From Phoronis australis (taxonomy: Eukaryota > Animalia > Phoronida), in NCBI GenBank assembly GCA_002633005.1, contig NMRA01000074.1, forward strand, positions 703,966 through 747,020: DNA of 43,055 bases, in the 5' to 3' direction. The position numbers were made by a program, and so were the translations under genes. The notes below the pieces were generated by a model. It worked only from the letters and a program-made list of their open reading frames with translations, did not search any database and was not told the DNA's origin. Positions 11,646-23,730 of the stretch are shown in pieces. The stretch's first letter is position 1, and each line of letters begins with the position of its first letter.

Positions 11646-11741
11646 GTGCACAAATCCTGTGATATGGCCGCCTACAGTGGTCTCTCAGGCCTAGCCCTAA
11701 CAGCCAATACAGTCAGCTTGTCATCACTATTAAATAACCAA
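11646..11741 (+). CDS. ATP5MC: ATP synthase subunit c precursor, coding exon 3 (presequence)
   Basis: tttcag|GTG...CAA|gtaagt, 96 nt, open frame, phase 0/0. Encodes VHKSCDMAAYSGLSGLALTANTVSLSSLLNNQ. Confidence 0.72.
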
Positions 11742-12603
11742 GTAAGTTCAGAGGCCACGAAAGACATGACTTAAGGTTACATGTATGTAGAACCGGGTTT
11801 GGCACATTTTGCAACATATCTCGGAAATGGCGGATAATAATAAGCATGCACAAAAGTTTTATAAGTGCTGTTAGGGAATGTTTCATGAAGCATTCCACGT
11901 TTGTATGAGGGCCACGAATAATTAAAATGAAAACTAAATAGTTCAGAAAAAGTGTAACAGCATTTTTGAAATTTACTTTGAATATTTATAACAAATGAAG
12001 TTTTATGATGTTATCTTATTCTGACATTTAACTTTTCAATTGTCTTTAGGACAACAACACTTTGATATACGGTTTGGATTTATCAGCACTAAATGTTTTG
12101 TCTTGCTTGTAAGAATTTGATTGTATAGTAGTTCCCTGACTCGCATCTTTGAACACCATCACCAGGGATTCATTTAGCGACTGTCATTGGTACGGTCAGA
12201 TTGAAAAAATGACAGCTTGCAAGTAACGGCCTGGAGAGAAACGAATTCCTGTTTCCTCAGTGAAAACCACACCTGAGCTAATTTTTGCATTTCTCATCAA
12301 TAACTTTTATTTGTTGTTTTAGTTAGATAAAATATTTAGACATCAATCAAGATCAAACTATTTCTATCAATTTTTACCATACATGACACTCCGACGATCG
12401 CAAATCCCGGCAACCACATTTCTTGGGAATAAGTCCCTGTCCTGTTACGTTGTGGAATCTCTGCGAATGTCAACCTCATCAATTTGGACCCCTGCTTTCC
12501 AAATCCTTGATGAGTCTCTGAACCTCGGAGACTTGAGAATTTATCATTCGGTGTTCGTATGTTCGTACACCCTGTTTCCTATGTGTTGCCGTATCTATTT
12601 CAG

Positions 12604-12700
12604 ATTAGACTGTTCCAGACTAGTGCTACAAAAAGTGATATTGATCAAGCAGCCAAATATATTGGAGCTGGTGCCGCCACAGTCGGTGCTGCTGGATCAG
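12604..12700 (+). CDS. ATP5MC: ATP synthase subunit c, coding exon 4 (cleavage site and mature N-terminus)
   Basis: tttcag|ATT...TCAG|gtgggt. Encodes [32 protein letters not shown](G), i.e. the RxFQTS processing motif plus the mature subunit c start. Confidence 0.97.
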
Positions 12701-13061
12701 GTGGGTGCTTAGGGGACTGAGGTGACTTGAGGGCAAAGTCAGCACCACTTTTAGCGACTAAAATACTTGTCTGTTAGTCTTGAGACCTCTTCATGCCAAT
12801 TGAACTTTGGTAGCAGAGGAGTGTATCTATACTGCGAGGTTTGTTGAGCCTTTCAGACTTGCTTCAGTAGTTCACGGCACCAGAGTTTGTGATGTGTGTC
12901 ATAAAATTCTGAAAATGTTATGTAGGAATACTGTGTTTAATTTTGGTGTATCCTGTATGTGGTGGAATAGTAAGTGATTTGAAGTGCTTATAGCTGTAGA
13001 ATGAGTCAGCCAAAGCCCTTGTTTGAACAGCTGTCTTGGGACACCTGGAATGGGCATAATT

Positions 13062-13473
13062 CAGGGCTTGGAATTTTCCGCGGAAACGCGGATTTCCGCT
13101 TTTTTCAAATGTTCTGTCCGCGTATTTTATGTTTCCGCGTAAAAAAATCGGATTTGATATAAAATTTCCGCGGAAAATTTCTTTCATACCGCCGCTTTGC
13201 CGACGACTTTCACCTCAAAAAGCAGAAGTTGCTCTTTATGTTTCGGAGGAACGTAAATTGTCAACATTGCCGGGGCATCTGGGATAGCGTGGTGGATTTC
13301 CTCAATGGCGGCTCGTGTGATTGTAAACCGCGGTGACAAACACTACGACTCTGCAGCCAAAAATGTTTGGAGGTGGGAGTGGCGGACGAGCTAAGACAGA
13401 TGCAGACGCACGCTTCCGGAGTTGGTACCGTAAAAATTTCTGCGTTTTTCGCCATTGGTCATTCCAAGCCCTG
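13062..13473. mobile_element. 412-bp MITE with 13-bp perfect TIRs in ATP5MC last intron
   Basis: CAGGGCTTGGAAT (13062-13074) and ATTCCAAGCCCTG (13461-13473); flanks ATAATT / ATAACT (near 6-bp TSD); internal TTCCGCG repeats; GC-richer than its flanks. Confidence 0.8.
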
Positions 13474-14358
13474 ATAACTGACAGAAAGAACACTTTTTGG
13501 GGTTTCTCAAAAGTGCCATGTCTTTTTACTTTCCTTATCCACGGAAAAAATTTGAGTTGTCAAAAATGACCAAAAAGGGGTGATTTTGGCCATATTGTAC
13601 TAAAACTCACAAATTCACAACTTCCCTGTGCAAGAATACTCTTTCACTCTAGATTCCAGATAGCTTAGTTAAAATGTGTCTGTATCTAACCAAAGTTTTG
13701 GCAATGTCCTCTTGTCTGAAGGGTAGCTGGAGCCAAGAGTTCAAGACTCAACAAGGATGTGCTCTCAAAATGGAGGCACTTCTGTGTCCTAGTTGACCAG
13801 TGCACAGGCCAAACTTCTGGACTCAGTTTACTCAGAACAGCTTCAAGGCACTACGGAATACCATTTATGGCATTCAATTTCCATTTAATCCATAAAACCT
13901 GACCCACCCCATTTATTCATTTTTGGGGGAAGCTTCAAGGGCCTGTACCGTGATCTTAGAACCTAGTTAACTGGAAATTACTTTGTTTAAGTAAGCACAA
14001 CATAAGAAGCACTGGCTTCCTTTTGATGCCGTGTTCTAAGTCGCCCATGGGTAGAGGTCTTGGTATACCTTTCAAAAGCTTGTCTGTTTTTCTAATGCTG
14101 AAATTTTAATTTCTGAATGTAGTGGTATCAATTTATTGGTATTAATTTCTTCAAAAATCTCTGCTCTATTGTATGACAAAACGAAATTAAGAAATTATGA
14201 AAGTCATGTTCTATAGAAAGGTGTTGTTCATGTTCTGTGTTCCATTGCAATTCAAGGGATTGTGTGTGGCAAGACGTTTGTAAAATTGAAGCTGCTTTTC
14301 AAATCCACTGTGAAAGTGACATCATATGATCTACATTTGTAACGTGTTTGTTTTCAAG

Positions 14359-14522
14359 GTGCTGGTATCGGCAGTGTGTTCGGCAGCTTAGTTATCGGCT
14401 ACGCTAGGAACCCGTCGCTCAAGCAGCAGTTGTTCTCCTATGCTATCCTGGGTTTCGCCCTCTCCGAAGCTATGGGTCTCTTCTGTCTTATGATGGCCTT
14501 CCTTATTCTGTTTGCATTTTAA
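14359..14522 (+). CDS. ATP5MC: ATP synthase subunit c, last coding exon
   Basis: ttttcaag|GT GCT... encodes [54 protein letters not shown], with the GxGxG motif, RNP loop and proton-binding Glu. Full protein is 158 aa (83-aa presequence + 75-aa mature). Confidence 0.98.
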
Positions 14523-14965
14523 CGTGACACAGCTCTTTAAAAAAATATGTATAACAAGAGGCACACGAACACACACGTGCGAACGGTCGAGTTTGTATCT
14601 AAATTAATCTTGAGAGTGTGCTAATGTGATCCTAGAGGACTATCGAGGTTTGTTTGTAGATTATCGCCATTGCAAAGTGGGAACAGGAATAGTGTTGGTT
14701 GATTTTGTGTTTTTCCATTGAGATCAAGTCTAAGAAAAGTGTACAGTGTTTTCGTTTGTAATGCATTTGAAATATGATCGACTGGCTGGCTGGTGAGTTT
14801 TACACTGGTTTGTGTAAGCGTTTCTCAGCCTTTGCAGTTGCAAATCCACCTTAGAGGCATGTGAAAGATAGAAATGCACTGTATGCGTGTTCTGATTCCT
14901 CATAGTTTTGCAGTGAGTTGTACAGATGAGTTATCATAGGTGAATGGATGTGTTATTGGGTTCCC

Positions 14966-14971
14966 AATAAA
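14966..14971 (+). terminator. Probable polyadenylation signal of ATP5MC
   Basis: AATAAA ~440 nt after the stop codon, followed by a T-rich downstream element (~15000-15010). Confidence 0.65.
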
Positions 14972-15745
14972 ACAAACACGTATCTTTCAACCACCTGACG
15001 TTTTTATTTTAAATTATTTAGGGCGTAATTTACAGCATTCTCCCTCTCGATGCTCCCATTTCAGCCGTTAGTGCCCAAATAATGCTGCCTTGGGGAAGCT
15101 GGACTCGACAACTTAACACATAACTTAGTGTGAAATAAATTTTTGGTGTTTGGAGAACGACCAGGGGACTGCAAAAAAGATGACTGGAGAGGAAGCGGAA
15201 ACGTCACTTGCCTGGCGAGGCTTTAGGTAATACTGAGGATGCCTTGGGGCTTGCTCGTGTTCAAGCTTGGCAAGGATTCGTGTGGGTTCAACACTCGCGT
15301 AAATCGCAACCCTGGTAGATCAGTTTCCACCTGTCGGCCTTTCCCGTTGGCGAAACTGTCTTTAATAGGAAAATTTCGATAATTTAATTTTGAAGCATAA
15401 AAATTGCCCTGAAATAATACATAGGCAACTTGTGCTAGCCTAAATCCCAAGAGTTCTAAGACTAAGGGAGCATTCACTTATACGTTGTCACTCGAGGTGT
15501 TAGGAAAGATGATTGATGTTGGGAGATGGGGTTGTTACTTCATGATGTGGTTTATTGGAAAATCTCCAGCACAGTGCAGTACATGTCGTTGGGTTGCTGG
15601 TTCATCTATTGTTCACCCATAAGCCATGGCGCAGCATTGAAAAACGTGGAGCTATAGTCCTCCACCCCAGGCCCCAAAGGTGCGCGGCCATGTTCAAGCT
15701 TCCAAGAATTGACGTTTCACTAGACTTCTAAACATATACACAGAC

Positions 15746-16116
15746 CAGTGGCGGTTCTAGGATATCGTAGGGGGGTGGGGCAACAATTTGTCTCGGCCAA
15801 GCGCACAAAGCACGATTGCAAGCGCGCACCTCGAATTTCCGTGGATGTGGACTTCACATCCATGGAAATTCTAGTAAAACAGTCGGAAGACTTGAAAAAA
15901 AGACATGTCATCGATTGCGCCGGCGGTCTCAATCGGACACTTGCGATGCGGTTCTGAGCCCTCCCCCCACCCTCCCCTCGCCCGCATGTTAATTACCGAC
16001 GTTAATTAGTAAACTCAATATTTCCTCGCGCTCTTACTGTTTTATTTTTTTGCGGCAGCCGAGAGTGGGGAGGGGCCTATGCAGACAAACGTCAGCCCCA
16101 CTCGTGTCTATCACTG
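15746..16116. mobile_element. Possible hAT-type MITE
   Basis: Begins CAGTGGCGGTTCTAGG followed by G-runs and ends ...TATCACTG. TIR is degenerate; no clear TSD. Confidence 0.35.
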
Positions 16117-16599
16117 ACAATCGTCATAGTGACTAAGCGCATAAGGTTATAATTGGGACATCATGTTATGCTGGGGATGAGAATTTACATTGTTAACTTG
16201 GAAATAACCGCTTGGCAAACTACTTAGAGAGGCTTTATCTGACTACGCGTCGTCACAATCGGAAGACACGCTTCACAACACTACGCATGCAGTGTTGCGA
16301 CGGATTTTTTTCGTTATTACATTACTTTGCTTTCATACTATACCTCAAATTTCACTGTTAAATCACATTTTGCTCTCCAGATTGCTTATTCAGTGGAGAC
16401 TGGCCACAGTTACGGCAAATGTTGCATCATAGCCCTGCACCCACTGCTGCACCGCAAACGGTGTGCTTCAAGGGGTATTTTGCTATCATAAACATGACCA
16501 TTAGATAGTGTAGAATGCGTTGAATCCGTCCGCCGGAAGGCGTCGTCTCTATAAAAACGATTTGCCAAAATTCCTGAAAATCCTCCAAGAGACACCGAA

Positions 16600-16780
16600 G
16601 ACACAAACACGAACGTAGAAAGTAAAATTGCAGTCACTGTTACACACAATGGTAGACCTATAGCCATGGTCCCACAATTACAGTTGTCACAGTTGTCTGA
16701 CTTGTCCGGAAATCAGCGACAGCCCTGTCCTCATCAGGAACACATCTGCTAAGCTTCAGTGAGGTAGATAGGGGCCTACA
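16600..16780 (+). repeat. Short copy of modular interspersed repeat family (HINE/pearl-like)
   Basis: Shares AGACCTATAGCCATGGT with the reverse complement of ~23647-23660, and GTCCTC..CAGGAACACATCT with ~19415-19435. Confidence 0.55.
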
Positions 16781-17708
16781 CTGTTCGAGCCGTGTTCCTC
16801 TTTAAAATGTGAAAATTTTAATATGTCTTACATATGACCTACTACTAGAGAAAAAGCAAAGAGAACTGTTTTTGTGTGTGACTATTTTTTTAACAAAAAA
16901 CGTATTTGAATTTTTCCGCAGAAAGATCGTTTTTCTTGGTGGCTTTTCCAAAAAATGCTGTCACAGATTTCAAAATCTTTCAATATAAGCAGGCAATCCA
17001 GAGCACTTGGCATAGTTGAACGAGGTACCAACATATGGCAAAAGAAGCACTTAAAGTCCTTGTCTCACGCGTTGTTAACCCTTATTACATGGTTAGAAGA
17101 TGTTATAAGGATCCAAGAAGTACCTACCCCATAACTAATACACGATCCGTACTCGAAAACAGTTTAAATGAATGCGCCACTCACGATTCGCACCCGAAGA
17201 AACACCGCCATTTTGAACTTGCCGCGAACCCGGAAGTACAATTCATTCAGGAACCCAGGCCGAGAAAACGCCGTCAGTGCGACTGGAGCAGTGCCTGTAC
17301 TGTTACCAGCCAGCAAACGGGGATAAAAAAAATCGACAGCGCGCCTTAATTTTGATAAAATCAAACTACGGACAATTTTATGGAATTTGCTGAAGAAATG
17401 TGGCGAATAAATTTTGACAGAAATTATTTTGCTAGACTCGGGACCGCAGCCTATCGGACCCGGTGCGGATCGAGACCAGACACTGGCGAACGGTAAATGC
17501 ATGCGGTTGCAAGCTGTTTTGTCGAAGTAAAATGGTCAAATGATAAATGCTGCATATATTCAAGGGTAGTTTCAGACACTTGCATGAAATTACGGGCTGG
17601 TTAGTCCTGTGTCACACTGCCGCGGCAGACCTTAGTTAGCCTCAGTCACCAGCTACCAGTGAAGACTATAGTCAAAATACAGCTTGTTAGTAGGCCTATA
17701 CAGCCTCC

Positions 17709-17849
17709 CGTTCAGTAGCGCTAGGACCTCGCTAAGAAGCAAGACTTCGCGAGATTACGTGAGATATTGCCGTGTATTTTAAATGAGAACATGTGACTTT
17801 GACTAGGATTTTGCAAGGTCCTAGCGTAGGTCCTAGCGTCTACTGAACG
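17709..17849. mobile_element. Palindromic MITE (~140 bp)
   Basis: Left CGTTCAGTAG-CGCTAGGACCT-CGCTA vs right end reverse complement CGTTCAGTAGACGCTAGGACCTACGCTA. Confidence 0.75.
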
Positions 17850-19299
17850 CACGCCAGCTTTGCGCCAAGACTACCCTTAGGCCTAACTGGTCGCTGGCCA
17901 CAAACACAAAAAACACGAAAATTGAACAAAGTTTCTTTTTTGTAGCAACGTTTGTCAAAATGTATCAACGTTAAATCTTCACAAATTACAAAGTAGCCGA
18001 TTGAACATGCCTTTCAGTTCAGCAAAAGTCGACATTGTAGGTGCCGCCAGAAATGAGACGAAGTCCAACGGGAATGTGAGCACATTTATCTCTTAATGAG
18101 TAACAACTGCGAGGCTGAAATTTGGTGAACACTGTTGAATCGTGCAGAATAGTAAGTAAAGATATGTCTAACTAAATTTCACCGTAATTTGTTGGCGAAA
18201 ACAATTTACACAAAGTTTTAAACTCGTAACTTATCCCGCTGTCCTCCAATATGGCCGACGCGATCCAAACAAAGTGACCCAAATTTCGCCACAAAACTTG
18301 CAATAACTTTACACTGCTTGCCCCGATTTTGATACTTTTTCGATTTTTGCTGAGTAGAATGTAATACCTTTCCGATGATAGTAAAGTACTTTTTAAAAAC
18401 GAGGAAAAAAATAAAATCGAAAAAAAATTGGTTCGACCCATATTGGTTCCTAGGTTCGACCCGCCTACGTAAGGAACTAAACACCAATGCTATTTTAACA
18501 TACTAAGTACGCGTAACATTCCAAAAAATCAACGACCACTAAATACAAACTATAAATACACTACATATGCAAACGAATCACGATATATTACTAATAAAAC
18601 AAAATAATGAAGACTTTTCGAGCAAGCCATAGCGCATTCAGTTACAAGGAAAAAATGGCGGCGTTCAGGACAAGTTCCTGAACTGATGAGCCGGAAATGT
18701 GGGTACGGAAATAACCGATGACAACCGGTAATCATACGCTCAGAGAGAAGGGTCAAATACTGTTAAAAAATCGCATTTGGCAAGAAAGGCGAAAAGAATA
18801 TAAAGAAAGGGTGTCGAAAATAAGAATTTATGTAGTAAGTATTTTCGGATACTAGAACCACATGGGCAGTTTGCAACAAGGACTTTAAGAGTCCACCTGT
18901 TTAGTCTATTGTGCTTTTGGACGAAGGGTCTTTGTGTAGTGGTGTGATAACTGGTCAATTTATGGTGTAAGCTCCCAGATTCTTACAGTATGCTACATTA
19001 AAGCCTGATGAGCAGCTCTATTAGGAATTTTCATTGATCGAGAGACGTGGTTAAAATGATAAGTATGCACTTTTGAAGTACATTACTTTTTGTCACGAAC
19101 ATGTACACGAATAATAATGTTTTTACAGTATAAAAATTCAAAAACTGTAAAAAATCCAAAATTCAGTGTTTACAAGCCCCGTAGTGAGCGTTTGAGCAGT
19201 TTGTCGGAGTAAAGTGGCGGATGGCAAAAACGGACGCAGGATATGTCGAACCCGCTACACAATGAGAAAGCATCGTCTCCTTAATAGAAACTCCTGATT

Positions 19300-19830
19300 T
19301 TCAAGAATGGTCCAAGTAACAGAGCCAAACGTAAAAAATATATAATTGCCATGCACTATAGGAGTCATAGCTCTAGTCGGATTAGTCTGAAATTCCTCGT
19401 CATCTTGTGTCGCTGTCCTCCACAGGAACACATCTTCCAAATTTCAAAAAGATCCTCTAAAGCGTTAGGGGATACAGGTATGGACGCAAAAAACGAAATT
19501 GCCACTGAGGTAGCGCCAGAGCAGTAAAGCCCGTTTAAAAATCAACGTCAGTTGCGGTGTTTCCATCAGAAAGAAATTTGCAAATATTCATAATGATCCG
19601 AATTGTTTACCAGATAGAAACGCTAACGACAAAAACGTACTAAAAAATTAAAATGGCCACCAGGTGGTGCAAAATGCGTTACGTGTAAATCCGCCCGCCT
19701 CATCGCCTCCTTAGTACTGTCAAGTCTTGAACGTCCACTAAGTTAAAAAATTCATAAAAATTAAAATTGTCATTATAGGTCAGAGCGGTAGTCGGTTCGG
19801 GCCGAAATTGGCATCGTTCTCTAATGGCTT
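19300..19830 (+). repeat. Modular interspersed repeat (HINE/pearl-like), copy B
   Basis: Clearly alignable by eye with the reverse complement of 22950-23410 (AGGAACAcATCTtCCAAATTTCAAAAAGATCC...TATGGAC; AAAATGGCcACCAGGTGG; CAGAGCGGTAGTCGG). Boundaries approximate. Confidence 0.7.
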
Positions 19831-20895
19831 AACAAACCGGCTTGGTTCCTCTGTCTTTTTCTATTAACGCTGTCATTTTTTGTATTGTGGTAACATATTT
19901 TTAAACCAGTCAGGTATGCTATATGATAATTACTTATCAATTTAGTAAATTACTTATCTTCGCGGCTTTTGGTATAATCATCAAGAACTGACGAAGGGCT
20001 TTCTAATGAAGTGGCTCTTATGCAATTCGATTGAAAAACAGCGGAGTTGAGGGAAGTTTTTATGACAGAAAATTCCATAGCAAGTACATACACCGGAACA
20101 AACGAATGCAAACAAATCTCACGTATCAGCGGCCGCATGATCGAAGTTAGCATTCCAAGGCTAGTGTTGTATGGCAAAATTATAGAAATCTACAGTAGTG
20201 AAACAAGGCAACTCAATGGATTTTATTTCATTGTGGCGATGGCTAGTCCTGTTAACATTAAAATATGGTTTCTATACATGTAGTTAATGAGACCACAAAC
20301 GGTGGCAGTTATATAGAAAAAAACTTCTTTAAAACATGTTTGTGTTTAGGTTTTGCCGGTGGAGTTACATTCAATAATATAAAACTACCTGTTCGATATT
20401 TGCCTGTATAGTATTCGTTGAAGAGTGGCGAGATAATAAGACTTACGTGCCCCAGGCACCTGAAGTGCAGTTTGAACAGTTGTGCTATCACCGTACAGTG
20501 AAAGTTTGAGCTTTCAAGATGTCAAACTGTCACAATTACTATTGAACAACTGTGTAGTAGCGGCTGTTTGTGGTCTTACGCAGGAGAAGCGGCCCACACA
20601 ACCAACAATGTGGGACTGGGCTAAAATCCATGCGATAAGATTGCTCAAGATCGAAAATACGGAAGTTCGGCAAATTGCGAGACCTCTATCTCATCGGAAA
20701 CACTATGTTTTCGTAACCTTAGTGTGAGATAAAGATACCCTCAGACACAGCGCCACCTATACTGCAACTTTCGTTTAGCACTGTGATAGAGTGTGACAAA
20801 GGACACTAAAGACTGCCAAAGACATTTTGCTCAAAAGATGGCGCGCAAGTTACTTCAGTCAGCTACTTTTCGTGATCATCATTTGCACAATTCTG

Positions 20896-21045
20896 GGCCG
20901 AGTTGCATAAAAGTTATACGCTGAATAACAACAATGACGTCGCATTATCACGCGTCACGTTGTTATTGTTGAACAATGCACCAGACGTCACGCAACAATC
21001 AAACTTATCCAACGGATAACATTTGAAGCTTTATGCAACCCAGCC
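20896..21045. mobile_element. PIF/Harbinger-type MITE
   Basis: TIRs GGCCGAGTTGCATAAA / reverse complement GGCTGGGTTGCATAAA, flanked by a 3-bp CTG duplication (20893-20895, 21046-21048). A similar terminus recurs at ~26897. Confidence 0.75.
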
Positions 21046-21877
21046 CTGGTGTATATTTGAACTTATCTGCCCAGCTAATTCATTGTCCTTGGGTTCAAGC
21101 ATTACGACAAAAGCATTTTCAAGATATTAAACTGTACACTAGCCTCAGTTCTTTTAAACCCGCCAGCTAAGGTGGTCGAAAGTCACTAAAAACTTTTTAA
21201 CGCGACAGTTTGAGTTTTTAGTCATAAATTTAGTCAAAAGCAACTGTTCTAGTTGTCCCTCGGACGAAACACCAACTGAACACTTTGCAGAGATATGAGC
21301 AGTCATCAGGTGATTTTGACACCGTATGTTACATCGTTCCAATCGCAAACATCTAACCGTGATCAGTTATGAGACCATCACTGAGTTTGTTAGTGTAGGG
21401 AATATTAGTGGCTCTGTCTAACAGACTCTCTCATAGACTATGCCTTTGACATAGGCTGCGGTTTTGGCTAAATGGGCTACCGACTACGCAAAAATAGTTT
21501 ACCATCATGCTTGTATAGGGCAACACGATGATTTTCTCATTAATGACTTTTGTGGACATAAGTACGGGAAAAGTCGAACAAGATCAATTTTTGTGAGAGC
21601 TGGCCTACTGACCACGTACGTCTTGCAACGTACCGCCGGCACGACAATGACTTGCGACAATGATCACGTATAAAGCACGTACACCTCCGGCTAATTTTTA
21701 AGGGAGGTTCACACTTTCCCCCCCATCTTCTCTGTCAGCTGCCATGATGATATAAACCACCCAACCAGCCCCTGATGCCATCGCAGCCACACCCCGACCC
21801 TGTTTTTGGAAGAACCGACATTCGTTGGAGATTCCGTCTTTATACTTCTAATGACAAACTAATGTCGCTTTGTAATA

Positions 21878-22610
21878 GGGAGAGAGTGGGGCACTATGAG
21901 CCAATTTTCAAATAATTGGTCTCTACATCTAAATAAAGAAACTAATTCCAGAAACTAAAACAAGATAATAAACTACAATGTGTCCTTATTGTATACAATA
22001 AAATTAAAGACAACTGAAAAAAGTTCAACATGTTTTTTTGGTATTTTACGTTAGTCATTCAAATGGCTCAAAGTACCCCAACTACGGGGCACTTTGTACA
22101 GTCAACAAAACGCATTCAATATCTTAAAAGTACATTTGTTTACTTAAAAATGTCTTTGGCTTGATATTTGATACTGTTTGACGAAATAAGGTATAAACTA
22201 ACTACCAGTTTAACCCAAATTTTACTCTAAATACGAGTCACACTTAAAGTTTCCAACACCGATGTACATGTACGATGTGCATGCTTCGTGGGCCCAGTCA
22301 TGGCAGGTTTTGCACTGTATCCAATCTCCTGTAATTGGTTCCACATATTGTTCATTGCATATCAGGCAGTAGTAATTTCTGACAAGGGATATGCCATCTC
22401 CCTTCCACCGACAATGCTTTACTGCCGGAATCGCTTTGGCTGTGAGAGGTCATGGATAATGTGCCCGGCCGGGTTGATATTTTTAGTTCTTTGACATTCT
22501 TTTTCGATCTAATCAGCTTTTTTTCAGGGCTGCTTGTCAGCACCTTTGCATATCCACGTTGGCGATTTTTGATGCTGTGGCTGCAGCCGCGTGGAAAAAT
22601 GCGGTATTAG
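21878..22610 (-). mobile_element. 3' end of a pogo-like (Tc1/mariner superfamily) DNA transposon with PHD-finger C-terminus
   Basis: TA + terminus GGGAGAGAGTGGGGCACTATGAGCCA, with an internal inverted copy TGGCTCAAAGTACCCC (~22064-22080). Minus strand encodes ...RQRGYAKVLTSSPEKK... then, frameshifted, YCLICNEQYVEPITGDWIQCKTCHDWAHEACT...FKCD. HTH and DDE regions are absent. Confidence 0.7.
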
Positions 22611-22929
22611 ACGGATGTCTAATAGGTCATCGATAGAACAATCTCACTGTCGTACATTCCTTTATAAGTCTTCCGTTGTTATTTTCTAACCATTTTCTAC
22701 AATAAAGTTGCATCAAAATACTTAAAACTGTCTCCATTTGCCGCTGTTGCATTCAACAAGTAGCAGTATGCCATTTCACATTCAAACCAAAAAAGGAGTA
22801 TAGGGCTGGGAAAACAAAATGTTTTAATAAGGCCGGTCTTTTTAAGCGCCCACATATCTATGTATGGCCGTCATCTCTGACCAACGTCCGCTGTTGTATG
22901 TTGTAAATGCCTTGCACGATCCAGCTTAA

Positions 22930-23730
22930 TACGATTTGGCAGATGTCTATCTATAATGTATACATGTACAAAAACGACGACGAATATTTTGCGGGCCAAT
23001 CCGACTACCGCTCTGCCCTCTGGTGGCAATTTTAGCTTTTAATGTTTGCCTCTGCACCTTTTGATTGGTTTGGTGGATTTTCACAAAATTTGACACGGTG
23101 TTTTTGTTATGGAGGCGATGACGCTTTCCAGATCTCGGACGGATTTCCCGTACTTTGCGCCACCTGGTAGCCATTTTAGTACGCTGTAGTCGTTAGACAC
23201 TATACGCTAAACAAATCAAAGGATCATTATGAACATCGACAGACTTGTTCCTGTTGAGAAGACCGCAAATGACCATGGATTTCGGTCGGGTATTATTGCT
23301 TTGAAACCCTTTCAATTTTTGTGTCCATAGCTGTATTCTCCTTAACTCTTTGAAGGATCTTTTTGAAATTTGGCAGATCTGTTCCTACGGAGAAAGCAAC
23401 AGCAGGTTTCAAACAATCTGACTGCAGCTGTGACCTCTTAGTGCCTTCTAATTTTTTAAGGTTTGCCCCTGTTATTTTTTATTTAGCGGTCGCAGGCGTG
23501 ATGTTATGATCTTTGGCTGTAAATGGCTTAATCTTTATTACAATATTAAAGCGATGAGACAACGGAATTACTGTGGTTATTGGGAGACACGAACTCAACA
23601 GCTAGTGGATAATGGCGCCCCATTGAGGTGTTTTTGTATTTTGCCACCATGGCTATAGGTCTTCTATGTGACAATGATTGCCCACGACGTTTTGGACGGC
23701 TCTGTCACTGTGCCCCCTTGCTAGTGGTAG
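22930..23730 (-). repeat. Modular interspersed repeat (HINE/pearl-like), copy B', inverted relative to copy B
   Basis: Reverse-complement similarity to 19300-19830 and 16600-16780; terminus reads ACTAGCAAGGGGGCAC on the minus strand. Boundaries approximate. Confidence 0.7.

Noticed and set aside
12383-12712. 109-aa plus-strand ORF
   Set aside because: Overlaps ATP5MC exon 12604-12700 in a different frame; no recognisable motif.
8435-14358. Intronic snoRNAs in ATP5MC
   Set aside because: No convincing RTGATGA...CTGA pair with terminal stem seen. H/ACA RNAs cannot be judged without a covariance search.
14388-14576. 62-aa minus-strand ORF
   Set aside because: Antisense shadow of the last ATP5MC exon.
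16600-23730. One large foldback element or inverted segmental duplication
   Set aside because: Similar blocks are short, diverged and modular; better explained as separate insertions of one repeat family.
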